Assembly: GCA_016207405.1 (NCBI GenBank)
Contig: JACQPQ010000018.1
Coordinates: 20,767 to 84,766 of the forward strand
Reading direction: 5' to 3'
Source: Gammaproteobacteria bacterium
GTDB lineage: Bacteria; Pseudomonadota; Gammaproteobacteria; JACQPQ01
Length of the DNA stretch: 64,000 nt
This document shows positions 48,907 to 59,928 of the stretch, piece by piece. Within the stretch, counting starts at the first letter, position 1. Each line of letters starts with the position of its first letter. The notes beneath the pieces are model-generated. The model was not told the DNA's origin. It ran no database searches and saw nothing but the letters and a program-made list of their open reading frames with translations. Made by a program: the position numbers and the translations under genes.

Positions 48907-49980
48907 ATGCTATTTCTGATTTCTTTTTTGATACTCATATTGGTTCTTTCGTTCTTATCTTCGCTTGCGGAAGGTGTGTTTTTAAGTATCACGCCCCCTT
49001 ACGTTTTGGCACTTGAAAAAAAAGGCCGTCGCGAGGGAACGTTGCTCCGCCATTTAAAACATAATGCTGGAAAACCTTTGGCTGCTATTTTAAGCCTGAA
49101 TACCATTGCAAATTCGGTGGGCTCTGCAGTCATCGGAGGGGAAGTGGTTCTCCGCTATGGCAGTACTTACCTCGGTGTTACTTCTGCGGTCCTTACGGTG
49201 CTCATTTTGGTCTTCTCTGAGATTATCCCTAAAACCATTGGAACGCTTTACTGGCGAAGGCTTGCTACTCCAGTGACGTATGGTCTTACTTATTTAATTG
49301 TTGTTCTCTACCCTTTTGTGATATTGGCTATCCTCATCACCCAAAAACTGTCCAAAAATAAACCCCTCCGTTCTTTTACACGAGAAGAGTTTGAAGCCTT
49401 TGCAGAGCTTGGTGCCAAAGAAGGGCAACTGAAGACTCAAGAATCCCGAATTGTCGCCAACTTGTTTCGTTTGAGCACTTCTACCTTAGAAGATGTTCTT
49501 ACACCGCGTACCGTTATATTCTCCGTTCCAGAACACATGACCGTTGGAGTTTTTTGTGCGCAGCACTCTGATGTTTCTTTTTCACGTATCCCTGTTTATC
49601 AAAAACACCGCGAGGATATTACAGGGTTTGTTTTACTCTCGGATATTTTATTGGCAGAAATACGGGACCAACATCACATCCCTCTTTCCGAGTTCAAACG
49701 AGAGCTAAAAGCTGTGCCCAGTTCGTTATTGCTCTCTCAGTTATTTGATTTTTTACTGCACTCTAAAGAGCATATGGTGCTTGTCGTCGATGAATATGGT
49801 GGAGTAGAAGGCATTGCGACCATGGAAGATTTGATCGAAACTTTGCTAGGATTTGAGATTGTCGATGAATCTGAAACCGTTCCTGATCTCCAGGCCCTAG
49901 CCAGAAAACGTGGTAAACTCCGCGCAAAACATTTAGGGATCTCACCCGGTAAGAAAGGAGAGAATGAAGAAGACAAATGA
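48907..49980 (+). CDS. CNNM/CorC-family transporter with DUF21, tandem CBS and CorC_HlyC domains
   Basis: TM-rich DUF21 N-terminus, two CBS motifs and a transporter-associated C-terminus. Confidence 0.85.
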   Translation: MLFLISFLILILVLSFLSSLAEGVFLSITPPYVLALEKKGRREGTLLRHLKHNAGKPLAAILSLNTIANSVGSAVIGGEVVLRYGSTYLGVTSAVLTVLILVFSEIIPKTIGTLYWRRLATPVTYGLTYLIVVLYPFVILAILITQKLSKNKPLRSFTREEFEAFAELGAKEGQLKTQESRIVANLFRLSTSTLEDVLTPRTVIFSVPEHMTVGVFCAQHSDVSFSRIPVYQKHREDITGFVLLSDILLAEIRDQHHIPLSEFKRELKAVPSSLLLSQLFDFLLHSKEHMVLVVDEYGGVEGIATMEDLIETLLGFEIVDESETVPDLQALARKRGKLRAKHLGISPGKKGENEEDK

Positions 49981-50293
49981 AGGCGTTAAATTACCAGGTG
50001 ATTTCAGGAGGGCAATGCCCATCAAAGCCTGGATCCATGATGTTCCTTTTGAAGAGGAAGCCAAAAAACAGCTCCTTCGCTTAAGCGATCTCCCTGCCTC
50101 TTTTGAATTATGAAAGGCAAACCAAAAAGCTCGGCGGTTAATTGAGGGGGCATCCTGTCGCAAGTAGCGTTAAAAATGCATCCTGCATTTTTAACTGAAA
50201 AATCACCGTCGCTCGGGAACGAAAAGCAAAGGTAGCAGAAAATACACAGTAAACCACCCTTCCCACCATTTTAGTGAGGCATTACGTCATGTT

Positions 50294-51007
50294 TTACACA
50301 TTCCACAAACACAATCCGCTTTCCGATTCGATTTTTTTCAAATACTTCGCATGGCGTTCGAGGTGTTCGGCTGTCGCCTTCAAAACCAGAAGCGGTTCTC
50401 TTTTAGTGAGGGGAATTGCCGCGATGGGTAAAATAGGGGCAAAGTGATCTCCTTCGAAATCCAAAGTCGCTTGGCCACGGGTCATTTTAAGATAGACTTC
50501 TGCTAGCAGCTTGGCGTCCAGGAGTGCACCATGGGCCGTCCGATGTTCAGCATCAATGCGATAACGCTTACATAAATGGTCTAAGGCATTTCTTTGTCCA
50601 GGGTGTTTTCGGCGAGCGAGTGCCAGGGTATCTAAGATCTGGCATAAGTTTTGGATTTTAGGAGAAATTGTGTTTATCAAACCCAATTCATAATTCAGAA
50701 AATTTAAGTCGAAGGAAGCATTGTGGATGATGAGCTCTGCTCTCTCAATAAATTTTAAGAACTCCTGGGCAATGGCTTCAAATTTGGGTTTGTCTCTCAA
50801 GAACGCTTCGGTGATCCCGTGCACTTTCAGAGCACCGGGATCAATACTCTGATCGGGACAAATGTAGGTATGAAAATATCGTTCGGTTATTTTACGGTTT
50901 ATGATTTCAACACAACCAATTTCGATAATGCGGGCACCTTTTTTGGGGTCAAGCCCCGTTGTTTCTGTATCCAGAACAATTTGTCTCATACTTGATTTTC
51001 CTATCAC
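50294..51007 (-). CDS. dnaQ: DNA polymerase III epsilon subunit, 3'-5' exonuclease
   Basis: Exo I motif VLDTETTGL. Confidence 0.9.
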   Translation of the reverse strand: MIGKSSMRQIVLDTETTGLDPKKGARIIEIGCVEIINRKITERYFHTYICPDQSIDPGALKVHGITEAFLRDKPKFEAIAQEFLKFIERAELIIHNASFDLNFLNYELGLINTISPKIQNLCQILDTLALARRKHPGQRNALDHLCKRYRIDAEHRTAHGALLDAKLLAEVYLKMTRGQATLDFEGDHFAPILPIAAIPLTKREPLLVLKATAEHLERHAKYLKKIESESGLCLWNV

Positions 51008-51438
51008 AATTCATCTATAGCCTGTTTAGCTAGGGAGTCGGCGAGTTCGTTTTCCCGGATCCCCGCATGCCCCTTTATCCACTTCCATTCCACAGTATGC
51101 CGCGCGAGTTCCTGGTCGAGTTGCTGCCATAAGGCTATGTTCTTGACGGGTTTCTTATCGCGCGTTTTCCAGCCGTTTTTTTTCCATAAGTGTATCCATT
51201 CTGTGATCCCTTTTTTTACATACTGAGAATCCGTGAACAAAATGACATGACAAGAAGTTTTCAATGTCCGTAATCCCATGATGGGAGCCATGAGTTCCAT
51301 TTGATTGTTAGTGGTGTGTTGTTCTCTCCCTTTGAGGTGTTTTTCGCGCTTGGAATATCTCAGAATAACCCCCCATCCGCCAGGGCCTGGATTTCCTCTG
51401 CATGCACCGTCGGTAAACATTTCAATAAGAGGTTTCAT
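51004..51438 (-). CDS. rnhA: Ribonuclease HI
   Basis: [16 protein letters not shown] motif. Confidence 0.9.
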   Translation of the reverse strand: MKPLIEMFTDGACRGNPGPGGWGVILRYSKREKHLKGREQHTTNNQMELMAPIMGLRTLKTSCHVILFTDSQYVKKGITEWIHLWKKNGWKTRDKKPVKNIALWQQLDQELARHTVEWKWIKGHAGIRENELADSLAKQAIDEL

Positions 51439-52175
51439 GTTCGGAGACCCGCTATTTTTTGAGCCATTTCAATTTTCCTATAAATTGGAATTAGCCTTTG
51501 AACGCGCTTTTTAGCCGAGAGGAGGAACCCTCCTCCAAGGTTCAATGAGGAGTATCGTTCAAGTTTTGAAAGAAACCAAAACTTTCCGAGAAGACTTGAA
51601 TTTTGAATAGGAGGAAGATAGAAAAAACTTTTAGTTTGAAATGCGCTAAAAGAGAGCAGTTTCAGCCACTCTTTCAGCGTATAAAGTGAAAAGAATCGTC
51701 CTTGCCAAGGGGGAGGAAGCCCAAGCCAATGCGCTACAAGGCGCCAGGAGCCCCATAGACTCCAAGGATTGAATCCACTCACAATGAGGGTGCCTTCTGG
51801 AACTAAAATGCGATGGGCTTCTTGTAAGACTTCATGAGGAGAGTCTACAAATTCAAGGCAATGGTGCAAAATAATGCACTCTACAGATTCTTCAGCAAGG
51901 GGGAGGGCGTACATATCTTTGTTCCAAATGATAAAGCCGGCAGGAGGGTGTGACCTAACTTGCGTTTTTGTAATGATAATCGGCTCAAAATTTGGCATGA
52001 CAGTAGCGAGGTACGGGATGAGAGTGGGATCTGGAACACACCCCACCCACACCAAAAAGCGGCCTCGAATGGGAGAGAGGACTGGGGAGAGGGCTGCACG
52101 TTCCTGTTGAAAAAAAACTTTCCCTAATGGCGACTCGGACCAAACTTTTAAGGTTTCAAAAGGATGAATGTCCAT
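51435..52175 (-). CDS. Class I SAM-dependent methyltransferase, YafS-like
   Basis: Position next to rnhA and a Rossmann MTase pattern. Confidence 0.65.
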   Translation of the reverse strand: MDIHPFETLKVWSESPLGKVFFQQERAALSPVLSPIRGRFLVWVGCVPDPTLIPYLATVMPNFEPIIITKTQVRSHPPAGFIIWNKDMYALPLAEESVECIILHHCLEFVDSPHEVLQEAHRILVPEGTLIVSGFNPWSLWGSWRLVAHWLGLPPPWQGRFFSLYTLKEWLKLLSFSAFQTKSFFYLPPIQNSSLLGKFWFLSKLERYSSLNLGGGFLLSAKKRVQRLIPIYRKIEMAQKIAGLRT

Positions 52176-52857
52176 TTACGTAGATAGTCGGATCTAAAAC
52201 TCCCGCTTCCAAAAAGCCTTTTTTACGAAGAGCACAGCTCGCGCACCGATCACAGGCTCTCCCTTTCTCATCTGCCTGGTAGCAAGAAACCGTTAAACTG
52301 TAATCTACCCCAAGTGCAATACCTTTTTGAATAATCTCTGCTTTTGTGAGATCTACGAGCGGCGCTTCAATATGAATGGGATGTCCTTGGCTCCCACATT
52401 TTGTTCCCAGTGCGGCCATCTTTTCAAAGGCATGAATAAAAGCAGGCCGGCAGTCAGGATATCCGGAATAATCGACGGCATTGGCGCCTATCCATATTGT
52501 AGAAGCCTCTAGGCTTTCTGCCCATGCCAAGGCAATCGAAAGGAATACAATGTTGCGTGCGGGCACATAGGTAATAGGGATTTCGTTTTGGTTTGTTCCG
52601 GAGTGCTCTGGAACTCTCCACGTTGCGTCTGTGAGGGCAGATCCTCCAAACTGACTGAGATCAAGTAAGAAAGTGCGATGGTTTTTTATGCCTAAGTGAT
52701 GGCAGATCTTTTGAGCAGCCGCACATTCAGAATAATGTCTTTGTCCATACTCGAAAGTAAGAGCATAGGGATCATATCCAGAACTGTGCGCGAGCGCCAA
52801 AGTGGTCGCAGAGTCCAATCCACCAGAGACTAAAATGATGGCTTTAAAGAGAATAAT
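52156..52857 (-). CDS. queC: 7-cyano-7-deazaguanine synthase. The 5' boundary is set at an in-frame ATT because no ATG/GTG/TTG precedes the PP-loop.
   Basis: [15 protein letters not shown]-loop and a C-terminal Zn Cys cluster CDRCASC. The first canonical start is the TTG at 52818, which would remove the SGG PP-loop. Confidence 0.75.
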   Translation of the reverse strand: MILFKAIILVSGGLDSATTLALAHSSGYDPYALTFEYGQRHYSECAAAQKICHHLGIKNHRTFLLDLSQFGGSALTDATWRVPEHSGTNQNEIPITYVPARNIVFLSIALAWAESLEASTIWIGANAVDYSGYPDCRPAFIHAFEKMAALGTKCGSQGHPIHIEAPLVDLTKAEIIQKGIALGVDYSLTVSCYQADEKGRACDRCASCALRKKGFLEAGVLDPTIYVNGHSSF

Positions 52858-53482
52858 CCGACCGGAGCTCTCGCTCTTGTTGTGTCAAACTGCTTTTAAA
52901 GGAAGGTTTGTTAAAAATCCTTTTCTGATAGGCCAAAATAGCCTTGGCGTGCTTAGGGAGTTCAATTCCAAAAGAAGGTAGCCTCCAAAAGAAAGGTGCT
53001 AAAAAGCAGTCTACCAGAGAAAATTCATCGCTGAAAAAATAGGGCTTTTCTGTAAAAGCGGGCGTCATGCTGAGGATGCTGTCCCCGAGCGCACGTCTAG
53101 CCTTTTGAGTTTGTGATTTTGTTCCTTCTTTTATTTTATTCACTAAACTAAACCAGTCACGTTCTATGCGATAAATCATTAAGCGAGACTTGGCTCTTAA
53201 AACGGGATAAACAGGGAGTAAAGGAGGATGCGGGAAACGTTCGTCCAAATACTCCATGATAATTTGGGGATGATAAAGAACCAGCTCTCTGTCGACGAGT
53301 ACGGGGAGGGTGTTATAAGGGCTTAATTCTTTAAGCTCTTTCGGCTTCTTTTCGCTTTCAATGGGGTTATTTTCATAAATGACGCATTTTTCTTCCAGAA
53401 CAATGCGGACTTGGTGACAGGACATGTCTTCTGGATCGGAGTAAAACACGATCATAGAGCGTTTGTTCATGAGTGCAGGCAT
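52844..53482 (-). CDS. sspA: Stringent starvation protein A-like GST-fold protein
   Basis: [21 protein letters not shown]-terminus. Confidence 0.8.
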   Translation of the reverse strand: MPALMNKRSMIVFYSDPEDMSCHQVRIVLEEKCVIYENNPIESEKKPKELKELSPYNTLPVLVDRELVLYHPQIIMEYLDERFPHPPLLPVYPVLRAKSRLMIYRIERDWFSLVNKIKEGTKSQTQKARRALGDSILSMTPAFTEKPYFFSDEFSLVDCFLAPFFWRLPSFGIELPKHAKAILAYQKRIFNKPSFKSSLTQQERELRSDYSL

Positions 53483-53590
53483 TTTTTTATCCTTTTCTAT
53501 TATTATACGAAATCGTACAAACTTTGAGAGTTAAAAGCTATCTTCGCGGTAACATTTTTTGTAATCCCTCCCCACCATTGTAGTGAGGAA

Positions 53591-54973
53591 TTACTTCTTT
53601 TTTGCTGTTTCAATTGCTTTTTTCACGGCTTCCGGGGCGGTGCCTCCGATATGGCCTCGAGAGGCAACTGAACCTTCTACAGTTAAGTATGAAAAAATAT
53701 CTTTTTCAATCAAAGGAGACCACTCCCGGAGTACCCCAAGAGGCAAGTCCATAAAAGTTTTATGGTGTTTTATGCAATAGGCAATCAGTGTCCCTGTCAT
53801 TTCATGAGCTTCTCGAAACGGCAGGCCTTTTTTTACCAGATATTCTGCAAAATCGGTTGCGGTAGAAAAATTTTCTCCTGCCATAGCCTTCATCCGTGGA
53901 CGATTAAATTGGATGGCAGGGATGATCATGTTTAAGACGCGACTGCAAACTTCTACGGTATCAATAGTGTCAAAGAGCGCTTCTTTGTCTTCTTGGTTGT
54001 CTCGATTGTAAGCGAGTGGCTGAGCTTTCATAACGGTGAGGAGTGACATTAAGTGGCCATAGACACGCCCAGTTTTCCCGCGTATGAGTTCTAAGACATC
54101 GGGGTTCTTTTTTTGAGGCATTAGAGAGGAACCCGTACAGAAACGGTCAGGGAGCTCACAAAAACCATAAGGAGAAGAAGCCCATAAGAGCAGTTCCTCG
54201 GATATGCGTGAGAGATGCATCATAAATAGGCTACTCGCGGCAAGATATTCAATAATAAAATCTCGGTCACTCACCGCATCTAATGAATTTTGAGTGGGGC
54301 AATCAAAGCCGAGTTCTTGGGCGGTAAACGCTCGGTTAATGGGCAAACTAGTTCCCGCTAGCGCTCCCGAACCTAAAGGGCATTGATTTAACCGTTTTTT
54401 GCAGTCTATGAGGCGGTCAATGTCTCTGACAAGCATTTCGAACCATGCCATTAAGTGGTGGCCAAGAGTAATCGGCTGAGCAATGGTGAGGTGTGTAAAG
54501 CCAGGCATAAGAGTTTCTCGTTCCCGTTCGGCCACTTCCAGCAGGCTTTTTTGCAAGGATAAAAGATTTTTTAAACTCTTTTCGATGTGTTTCCTTAAGA
54601 ACAATTTTAAATCGGTTGCCACTTGGTCGTTTCGAGAGCGACCCATATGCAGTTTTTTTCCGAGAGGCCCGATTTTTTCTATCAGGCGAGTCTCTATATT
54701 CATGTGGACATCTTCTAAAGTTTGGGACCACTTAAACTTTCCGGTTTTAATGTCTTTTTGTATCGTTTTAAGGCCTTTTTGAATAGCCTTCCCTTCTTGG
54801 GGTAAGAGAAGCCCTTCTTTTTCCAGCATAGCCGCATGGGCAAGAGAGCCTTCAATATCACACTCATATAATCGTTTGTCATATGACACAGAAGCGGTAA
54901 ACTGTTCTACAGAATATTCCGTTTTTTCTGTAAAACGGCCTTTCCAAGGTTTGTAGTTTTTGGAAGTATTCAT
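53591..54973 (-). CDS. argH: Argininosuccinate lyase
   Basis: Fumarate-lyase signature GSSLMPQKKNPD. Confidence 0.95.
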   Translation of the reverse strand: MNTSKNYKPWKGRFTEKTEYSVEQFTASVSYDKRLYECDIEGSLAHAAMLEKEGLLLPQEGKAIQKGLKTIQKDIKTGKFKWSQTLEDVHMNIETRLIEKIGPLGKKLHMGRSRNDQVATDLKLFLRKHIEKSLKNLLSLQKSLLEVAERERETLMPGFTHLTIAQPITLGHHLMAWFEMLVRDIDRLIDCKKRLNQCPLGSGALAGTSLPINRAFTAQELGFDCPTQNSLDAVSDRDFIIEYLAASSLFMMHLSRISEELLLWASSPYGFCELPDRFCTGSSLMPQKKNPDVLELIRGKTGRVYGHLMSLLTVMKAQPLAYNRDNQEDKEALFDTIDTVEVCSRVLNMIIPAIQFNRPRMKAMAGENFSTATDFAEYLVKKGLPFREAHEMTGTLIAYCIKHHKTFMDLPLGVLREWSPLIEKDIFSYLTVEGSVASRGHIGGTAPEAVKKAIETAKKK

Positions 54974-54999
54974 AGGTCGTTACAATAATAACATCGCAT

Positions 55000-56097
55000 A
55001 TGACTAAGGAAAAATTTATGCAGAACAACAAGGAAGGGTCCTCTACGGAGCCAAAAATGGATACGGTGGCGACAGATCTTAAAACGGATGAACATCCCAC
55101 TCGCCTTCTTCAAAAAATAGAACTTCACCTTCTGGATAAAGACACCTTACCGGAAATCTTTATTTTCTTACTGCAGGAGTTGAAAACGTTTCTCAATATA
55201 GAGGTTATCAGCCTTGGACTTTTGGATTCAGAAGGCCTTATGAGAACCTTATTAAGGTGCTTCGATCACCCTGCTGAGTCATTCCCAAACCTAGTGTTTA
55301 TGGAAGATAAAGACATGCTTCTTTCAATACACAGCCATCCCTGGGAACCTTGCTTTACTACCTTTCTTGGAAAAGAATACACGCTCTTTGCCAGTAGAGA
55401 GAATTCTGAAGAAGGCAGCATTATGATGCTGCCACTTATCCGACGTCAGTCGATTATTGGCACGCTTAATTTAGGAAGTTACCATCCCCATCCTTTTGAC
55501 CGCATGTTCTCTACGGATTTTATAGAGCGACTGACTCGCATGATCTCGGTTTGTCTTGGCGAAGCCACTTCCCGTGGGCAGGTCAAGTGGTTGTGTCTTA
55601 CCGATCATCTAACAGGCATTTACAATCGACGGTGTTTTGAACTGAGATTACAGGAGGAAATCTCTAAAGCAAAACGCCGTAAAACTCATCTTTCATGTGC
55701 GTTTTTGGACATTGACCATTTCAAACTTATCAATGACCGTTTTGGTCATGGGATAGGGGATAAAGTTCTTCAGCATGTCGTAGGGCTTATTCGCGGAGAA
55801 CTCCGGCAGAGTGATTTTTTTGCGCGGTATGGGGGAGATGAGTTTACACTCCTTTTGCCAGAAACCTCCTCTGGCCATGCTTTTTTAGTTGCCGAAAGAA
55901 TTCGGGAAAAAGTGGCGACGACCGTCTTACCTTTTGAGGTATTGCCGTCTATGACGCTTTCAGCCGGTATAACAACTTTTGCTCCGTTAAGTTCCTCCCC
56001 ACCGCCACTTCCCGAACAACTCGTCCAACAAGCTGACGAGGCGCTTTATGCGGCTAAGGCTGTTGGAAGAAATCGAGTGATGAACTATACCCTTTGA
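55000..56097 (+). CDS. Diguanylate cyclase with a GGDEF domain and an N-terminal GAF-like sensor
   Basis: RYGGDEF active-site motif. Confidence 0.85.
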   Translation: MTKEKFMQNNKEGSSTEPKMDTVATDLKTDEHPTRLLQKIELHLLDKDTLPEIFIFLLQELKTFLNIEVISLGLLDSEGLMRTLLRCFDHPAESFPNLVFMEDKDMLLSIHSHPWEPCFTTFLGKEYTLFASRENSEEGSIMMLPLIRRQSIIGTLNLGSYHPHPFDRMFSTDFIERLTRMISVCLGEATSRGQVKWLCLTDHLTGIYNRRCFELRLQEEISKAKRRKTHLSCAFLDIDHFKLINDRFGHGIGDKVLQHVVGLIRGELRQSDFFARYGGDEFTLLLPETSSGHAFLVAERIREKVATTVLPFEVLPSMTLSAGITTFAPLSSSPPPLPEQLVQQADEALYAAKAVGRNRVMNYTL

Positions 56098-56161
56098 ATT
56101 TGAGAATGAGTAGGGTGGGCACGTTTTTTGTGCCCACTCGTTACTGCCGTTATTTTTATGT

Positions 56162-57103
56162 TCAGTTAAAAGACCGATTATAGGCTACCTTTTCTTCTGT
56201 TCCTGTTCGACTCACAAAAATCCAAAAGGTTTCATCGGTATCGAGATCTCCAATTTTAAGTTGGAATATCCAATACTTTTCTAGAAGTTCACTTCCAAAG
56301 GGAGAATCCATAGCTTGTGAAGGGGTTAAAAGTTCTAAAATGGTCGAAGTTTTATTTAGGATCGACTGTAATTTTTTTGGAGAACGTCCTATTCGGGTGA
56401 ATAAGGCTCTTTTCCCATTATCTTCATAGAGATTGCGAAGCGCTATTGGCAAAGCCGTTTCAAAAAGAATAGATGCAGCGTAGCTCTCTTCTTGCTCTTT
56501 TACTTCTGCTTCAGAAATATTCACCGTTATGTTTGGAAGGCTAAAATCTATAAACGCATCATTTGAATGGAAGTTCAGATTCAAGTCCAAACTTGAAAAA
56601 GCCTTTTGCTGTGCTAAGGCGTGCAAGGGAGATACTTTGGATTGTAGGCAGGTATAGTACTGAAGTACCCTGTAATTTTTATCAACAAGAGAGACAGGAA
56701 GTGTGTCATCAAAGTCTCCATCAGCCAACTCTTCTACAATGAGATCACCGCGTCCATTCCCGTTCATATCCTTTAAAACACGAATATGCTCTCTCGTTTT
56801 TTCTTGGGTTGGTTTTTTTTCTACCCTCTTTAGGGCCTGCTTGCCTAGTTGATATGCGATGAAAGGATTGGAGTTGGTCTTATTAGTCAATTTTTTTTCG
56901 GAATTTAAGCCAAATACAAACTGGATATTATCGACAGAACAACTCCATTTTTCTTCTAACCTTAGATCTGATAATTCTGGGGATCTCGATTTTTGAAATA
57001 GTATTCTTAACTCCTCGTTCTTTGGGAGCTCTGCGAGTGCGAAACTGGTCAGTGATTGGGTGACTAAACATCCTATGATTGCCATTTTCTTATGCATAAA
57101 CAT
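56162..57103 (-). CDS. Hypothetical secreted protein
   Basis: Signal peptide. The gene is AT-rich and has no recognisable domain. Confidence 0.4.
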   Translation of the reverse strand: MFMHKKMAIIGCLVTQSLTSFALAELPKNEELRILFQKSRSPELSDLRLEEKWSCSVDNIQFVFGLNSEKKLTNKTNSNPFIAYQLGKQALKRVEKKPTQEKTREHIRVLKDMNGNGRGDLIVEELADGDFDDTLPVSLVDKNYRVLQYYTCLQSKVSPLHALAQQKAFSSLDLNLNFHSNDAFIDFSLPNITVNISEAEVKEQEESYAASILFETALPIALRNLYEDNGKRALFTRIGRSPKKLQSILNKTSTILELLTPSQAMDSPFGSELLEKYWIFQLKIGDLDTDETFWIFVSRTGTEEKVAYNRSFN

Positions 57104-57265
57104 ACAAACAAACTCCTTATTAGAAATGATAGTGAGTGCCGCCTTCCGTGATTTAAGTCTCTCTTTTTTTGAAGAGAGTCCTCATATTCCGCTTGAGTAT
57201 AAGCGGCGAATTCTATGGAAAATGGACGGGGAGTGCAACAAGTTTATAAGAACTTTTGAAAAAAT

Positions 57266-57298
57266 AACTGTACAATATAGTACCAATTTAGTACAGTT
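57266..57298 (+). promoter_or_regulatory. Palindromic candidate operator for the Rrf2 regulator
   Basis: aactgtacaatatagtaccaatttagtacagtt has three GTAC half-sites immediately upstream of the regulator ORF. Confidence 0.35.
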
Positions 57299-57309
57299 AA
57301 CTTCATCTT

Positions 57310-57723
57310 ATGCTGCGCTTGAGCAAATTAGCCGACTATGCCTTTATGGTGGTGACCCACATGGTTTTTTGTTACCCAAAAAATTGTGACTCTCAGGCCA
57401 TTGCAAGAGACACCTCGCTTCCTTTACCCACCGTAAGAAAGGTACTCAAAAAGTTGGTCAATAAAGGGGTGTTAGTTTCTTTTCGTGGAATTCGGGGGGG
57501 ATATGCCTTAGCCAAAGAGCCACAGAGCATTTCCATTCTGGATGTTATTAATGCCATAGAAGGACCCTGGGGCATCACAGAGTGCAGTGTTGGAAAAGAT
57601 TTGTGTAAGTTAGAGCGCTCTTGTCAGGTTCGTGGCAGCTGGCAACGGTTACATCAAACCTTTTATCAGTCGCTCGCAGAAGTGTCTGTGGGTGAATTCT
57701 GTGTTCAGAATAAGCGATTATGA
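57310..57723 (+). CDS. iscR: Rrf2-family transcriptional regulator, IscR-like
   Basis: N-terminal w[12 protein letters not shown] and a position heading the suf operon. Confidence 0.8.
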   Translation: MLRLSKLADYAFMVVTHMVFCYPKNCDSQAIARDTSLPLPTVRKVLKKLVNKGVLVSFRGIRGGYALAKEPQSISILDVINAIEGPWGITECSVGKDLCKLERSCQVRGSWQRLHQTFYQSLAEVSVGEFCVQNKRL

Positions 57724-59168
57724 GCGTTAATTCCCCCTCTCTCACGCAACTCATCACTTCCGATTATCCCCATGGCTTTGTTACGGACGTTGAAGAAAAC
57801 ACCTTCCCGCCCGGTTTGAATGAAGAGGTCATTCGGAAAATTTCTTCGGAAAAAGAGGAACCTCTATTTATGCTGGAATGGCGACTTGCCGCCTATCGGT
57901 ACTGGGTAACGTGTGAGACGCCACAGTGGGCGAATGTGCAATTTCCGCCAATAGATTATCAGTCCATTATCTATTATTCAGCCCCCAAAATGCTCAAAAA
58001 AGGGCCCAAAAATCTACAGGAAGTAGACCCAGAAATTCTAAAAACGTATCAAAAATTGGGGATCTCTTTACAAGAACAGGAAAAACTTTCCGGAGTCGCG
58101 GTGGATGCGGTTTTTGATAGTGTGTCGGTTGCGACCACGTTTAAAGAGAAACTCGCAGAAGCCGGCGTTATTTTTTGTTCTTTTTCAGAAGCCTTAAAAC
58201 GTTACCCTGAACTCGTTCAAAAATATTTTGGGACAGTGGTTCCTTATCGAGATAACTTTTTTGCGGCATTGAATTCAGCGGTTTTTAGCGATGGATCGTT
58301 TTGTTATGTTCCAAAAGGGGTGCGTTGCCCAATGGAACTGTCCACTTATTTTAGAATCAATGCAGCAAATACAGGTCAGTTCGAACGGACCCTCATTGTT
58401 GCCGAAGAAGGAAGTACGGTCAGTTATTTAGAAGGATGTACGGCTCCCATTCGGGACACGAATCAATTGCATGCCGCAGTGGTTGAACTGGTTGCGCTCG
58501 ACAATGCAGAGATTAAATATTCAACCGTACAAAATTGGTATCCGGGGGATAAAAATGGTAAGGGTGGGATCTATAATTTCGTAACGAAGCGAGGGATGTG
58601 TAAAGGTCGAAATGCAAAAATTTCTTGGACTCAAATTGAAACGGGCTCGGCGATTACTTGGAAATATCCGAGTGTTGTGCTGCGAGGGGACCACTCCATT
58701 GGAGAATTTTACTCCGTAGCCTTGACAAACCATCATCAACAAGCAGATACCGGAACAAAAATGATCCACCTGGGCAAAAATACTCGGAGTGTGATTCTAT
58801 CGAAAGGACTTTCCGCTGGGCAGGGTAAAAACACCTATCGTGGGTTAGTTAAAATGGCGCCAGGTGCTTCTTTTGGACGAAATTATACGCGGTGTGATTC
58901 CTTATTGCTGGGAAGCCGAGCGAAAGCCTATACCTACCCTTCTATAGAAGTGAAAAACAAAACGGCTTGTGTTGAGCATGAAGCCAGCACCTCCAAAATA
59001 GGAGATGAACAATTATTTTACTGTCGAGCGAGAGGTATAGGGGAAGAAGCGGCGGTTTCCATGATAGTCAACGGTTTTTGTAAAGATATCTTTCGGAAAT
59101 TACCTATGGAATTTGCCGTAGAGGCTCAAAAACTGATGGAGGTTAGCTTAGAAGGATGTGTGGGTTAA
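57720..59168 (+). CDS. sufB: Fe-S cluster assembly protein SufB
   Basis: 482 aa with SufB/SufD fold motifs. Confidence 0.95.
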   Translation: MSVNSPSLTQLITSDYPHGFVTDVEENTFPPGLNEEVIRKISSEKEEPLFMLEWRLAAYRYWVTCETPQWANVQFPPIDYQSIIYYSAPKMLKKGPKNLQEVDPEILKTYQKLGISLQEQEKLSGVAVDAVFDSVSVATTFKEKLAEAGVIFCSFSEALKRYPELVQKYFGTVVPYRDNFFAALNSAVFSDGSFCYVPKGVRCPMELSTYFRINAANTGQFERTLIVAEEGSTVSYLEGCTAPIRDTNQLHAAVVELVALDNAEIKYSTVQNWYPGDKNGKGGIYNFVTKRGMCKGRNAKISWTQIETGSAITWKYPSVVLRGDHSIGEFYSVALTNHHQQADTGTKMIHLGKNTRSVILSKGLSAGQGKNTYRGLVKMAPGASFGRNYTRCDSLLLGSRAKAYTYPSIEVKNKTACVEHEASTSKIGDEQLFYCRARGIGEEAAVSMIVNGFCKDIFRKLPMEFAVEAQKLMEVSLEGCVG

Positions 59169-59181
59169 AAATGAGAATACC

Positions 59182-59928
59182 ATGTTAACCATTCAAAATT
59201 TACAGAGCAGCATTCAGGGCATAGAAATTCTGAAAGGCATTGATTTAACGGTCAAGCCGGGTGAAGTACATGTCATTATGGGCCCCAATGGATCGGGTAA
59301 AAGTACACTGGCGCAGACTTTGGCGGGGCGAGAAGACATCCTTGTGACAAACGGGAGTGTCCAGTTTTTAGGGCAAAATTTATTGGCTTTGTCTCCTGAA
59401 GCGCGTGCACAAGCCGGGTTGTTTCTGGCTTTTCAGTATCCTGTTGAAATACCAGGGGTGAGTACGCTGTTGTTTTTGAAAACCGCTTTAAATAGTCTTC
59501 GCAAGGCGCGTGGGGAACCTGAGCTCGATGCCCTTGAGTTTTTGAATAATATCCAAGAAAAAGTTCGACAAGTTAAAATGGATGAACGTTTTTTACAGCG
59601 CTCTTTAAATGAAGGATTTTCGGGGGGGGAAAAAAAGCGGAGTGAAATTCTACAAATGCTCGTTTTAGATCCTAAATTCGCCATACTGGATGAAACCGAT
59701 TCCGGCTTGGATATTGATGCGTTAAAAGTTGTTGCAGAAGGGGTGAACAGCCTCAGGAAACCCGATAGAGCCATTCTCGTCGTGACGCACTATCTTCGGT
59801 TGTTGGAGGTTATGGTTCCGGATATTGTCCACATATTATGGGACGGGCGTATTATTAAGTCTGGCGATAAAACGCTCGCCAGGGAGCTTGAGCAACGGGG
59901 TTACGAGTGGTTAACAGAAAAGGCATAA
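59182..59928 (+). CDS. sufC: Fe-S cluster assembly ATPase SufC
   Basis: Walker A GPNGSGKST and ABC signature LSGGEKKR. Confidence 0.9.
   Translation: MLTIQNLQSSIQGIEILKGIDLTVKPGEVHVIMGPNGSGKSTLAQTLAGREDILVTNGSVQFLGQNLLALSPEARAQAGLFLAFQYPVEIPGVSTLLFLKTALNSLRKARGEPELDALEFLNNIQEKVRQVKMDERFLQRSLNEGFSGGEKKRSEILQMLVLDPKFAILDETDSGLDIDALKVVAEGVNSLRKPDRAILVVTHYLRLLEVMVPDIVHILWDGRIIKSGDKTLARELEQRGYEWLTEKA

Noticed and set aside
59630-59650. G8A7 homopolymer run as a possible phase-variation site
   Set aside because: It lies inside sufC, encoding the conserved ABC signature LSGGEKKR. A slip there would inactivate an essential housekeeping gene, which is unlikely for a contingency locus.
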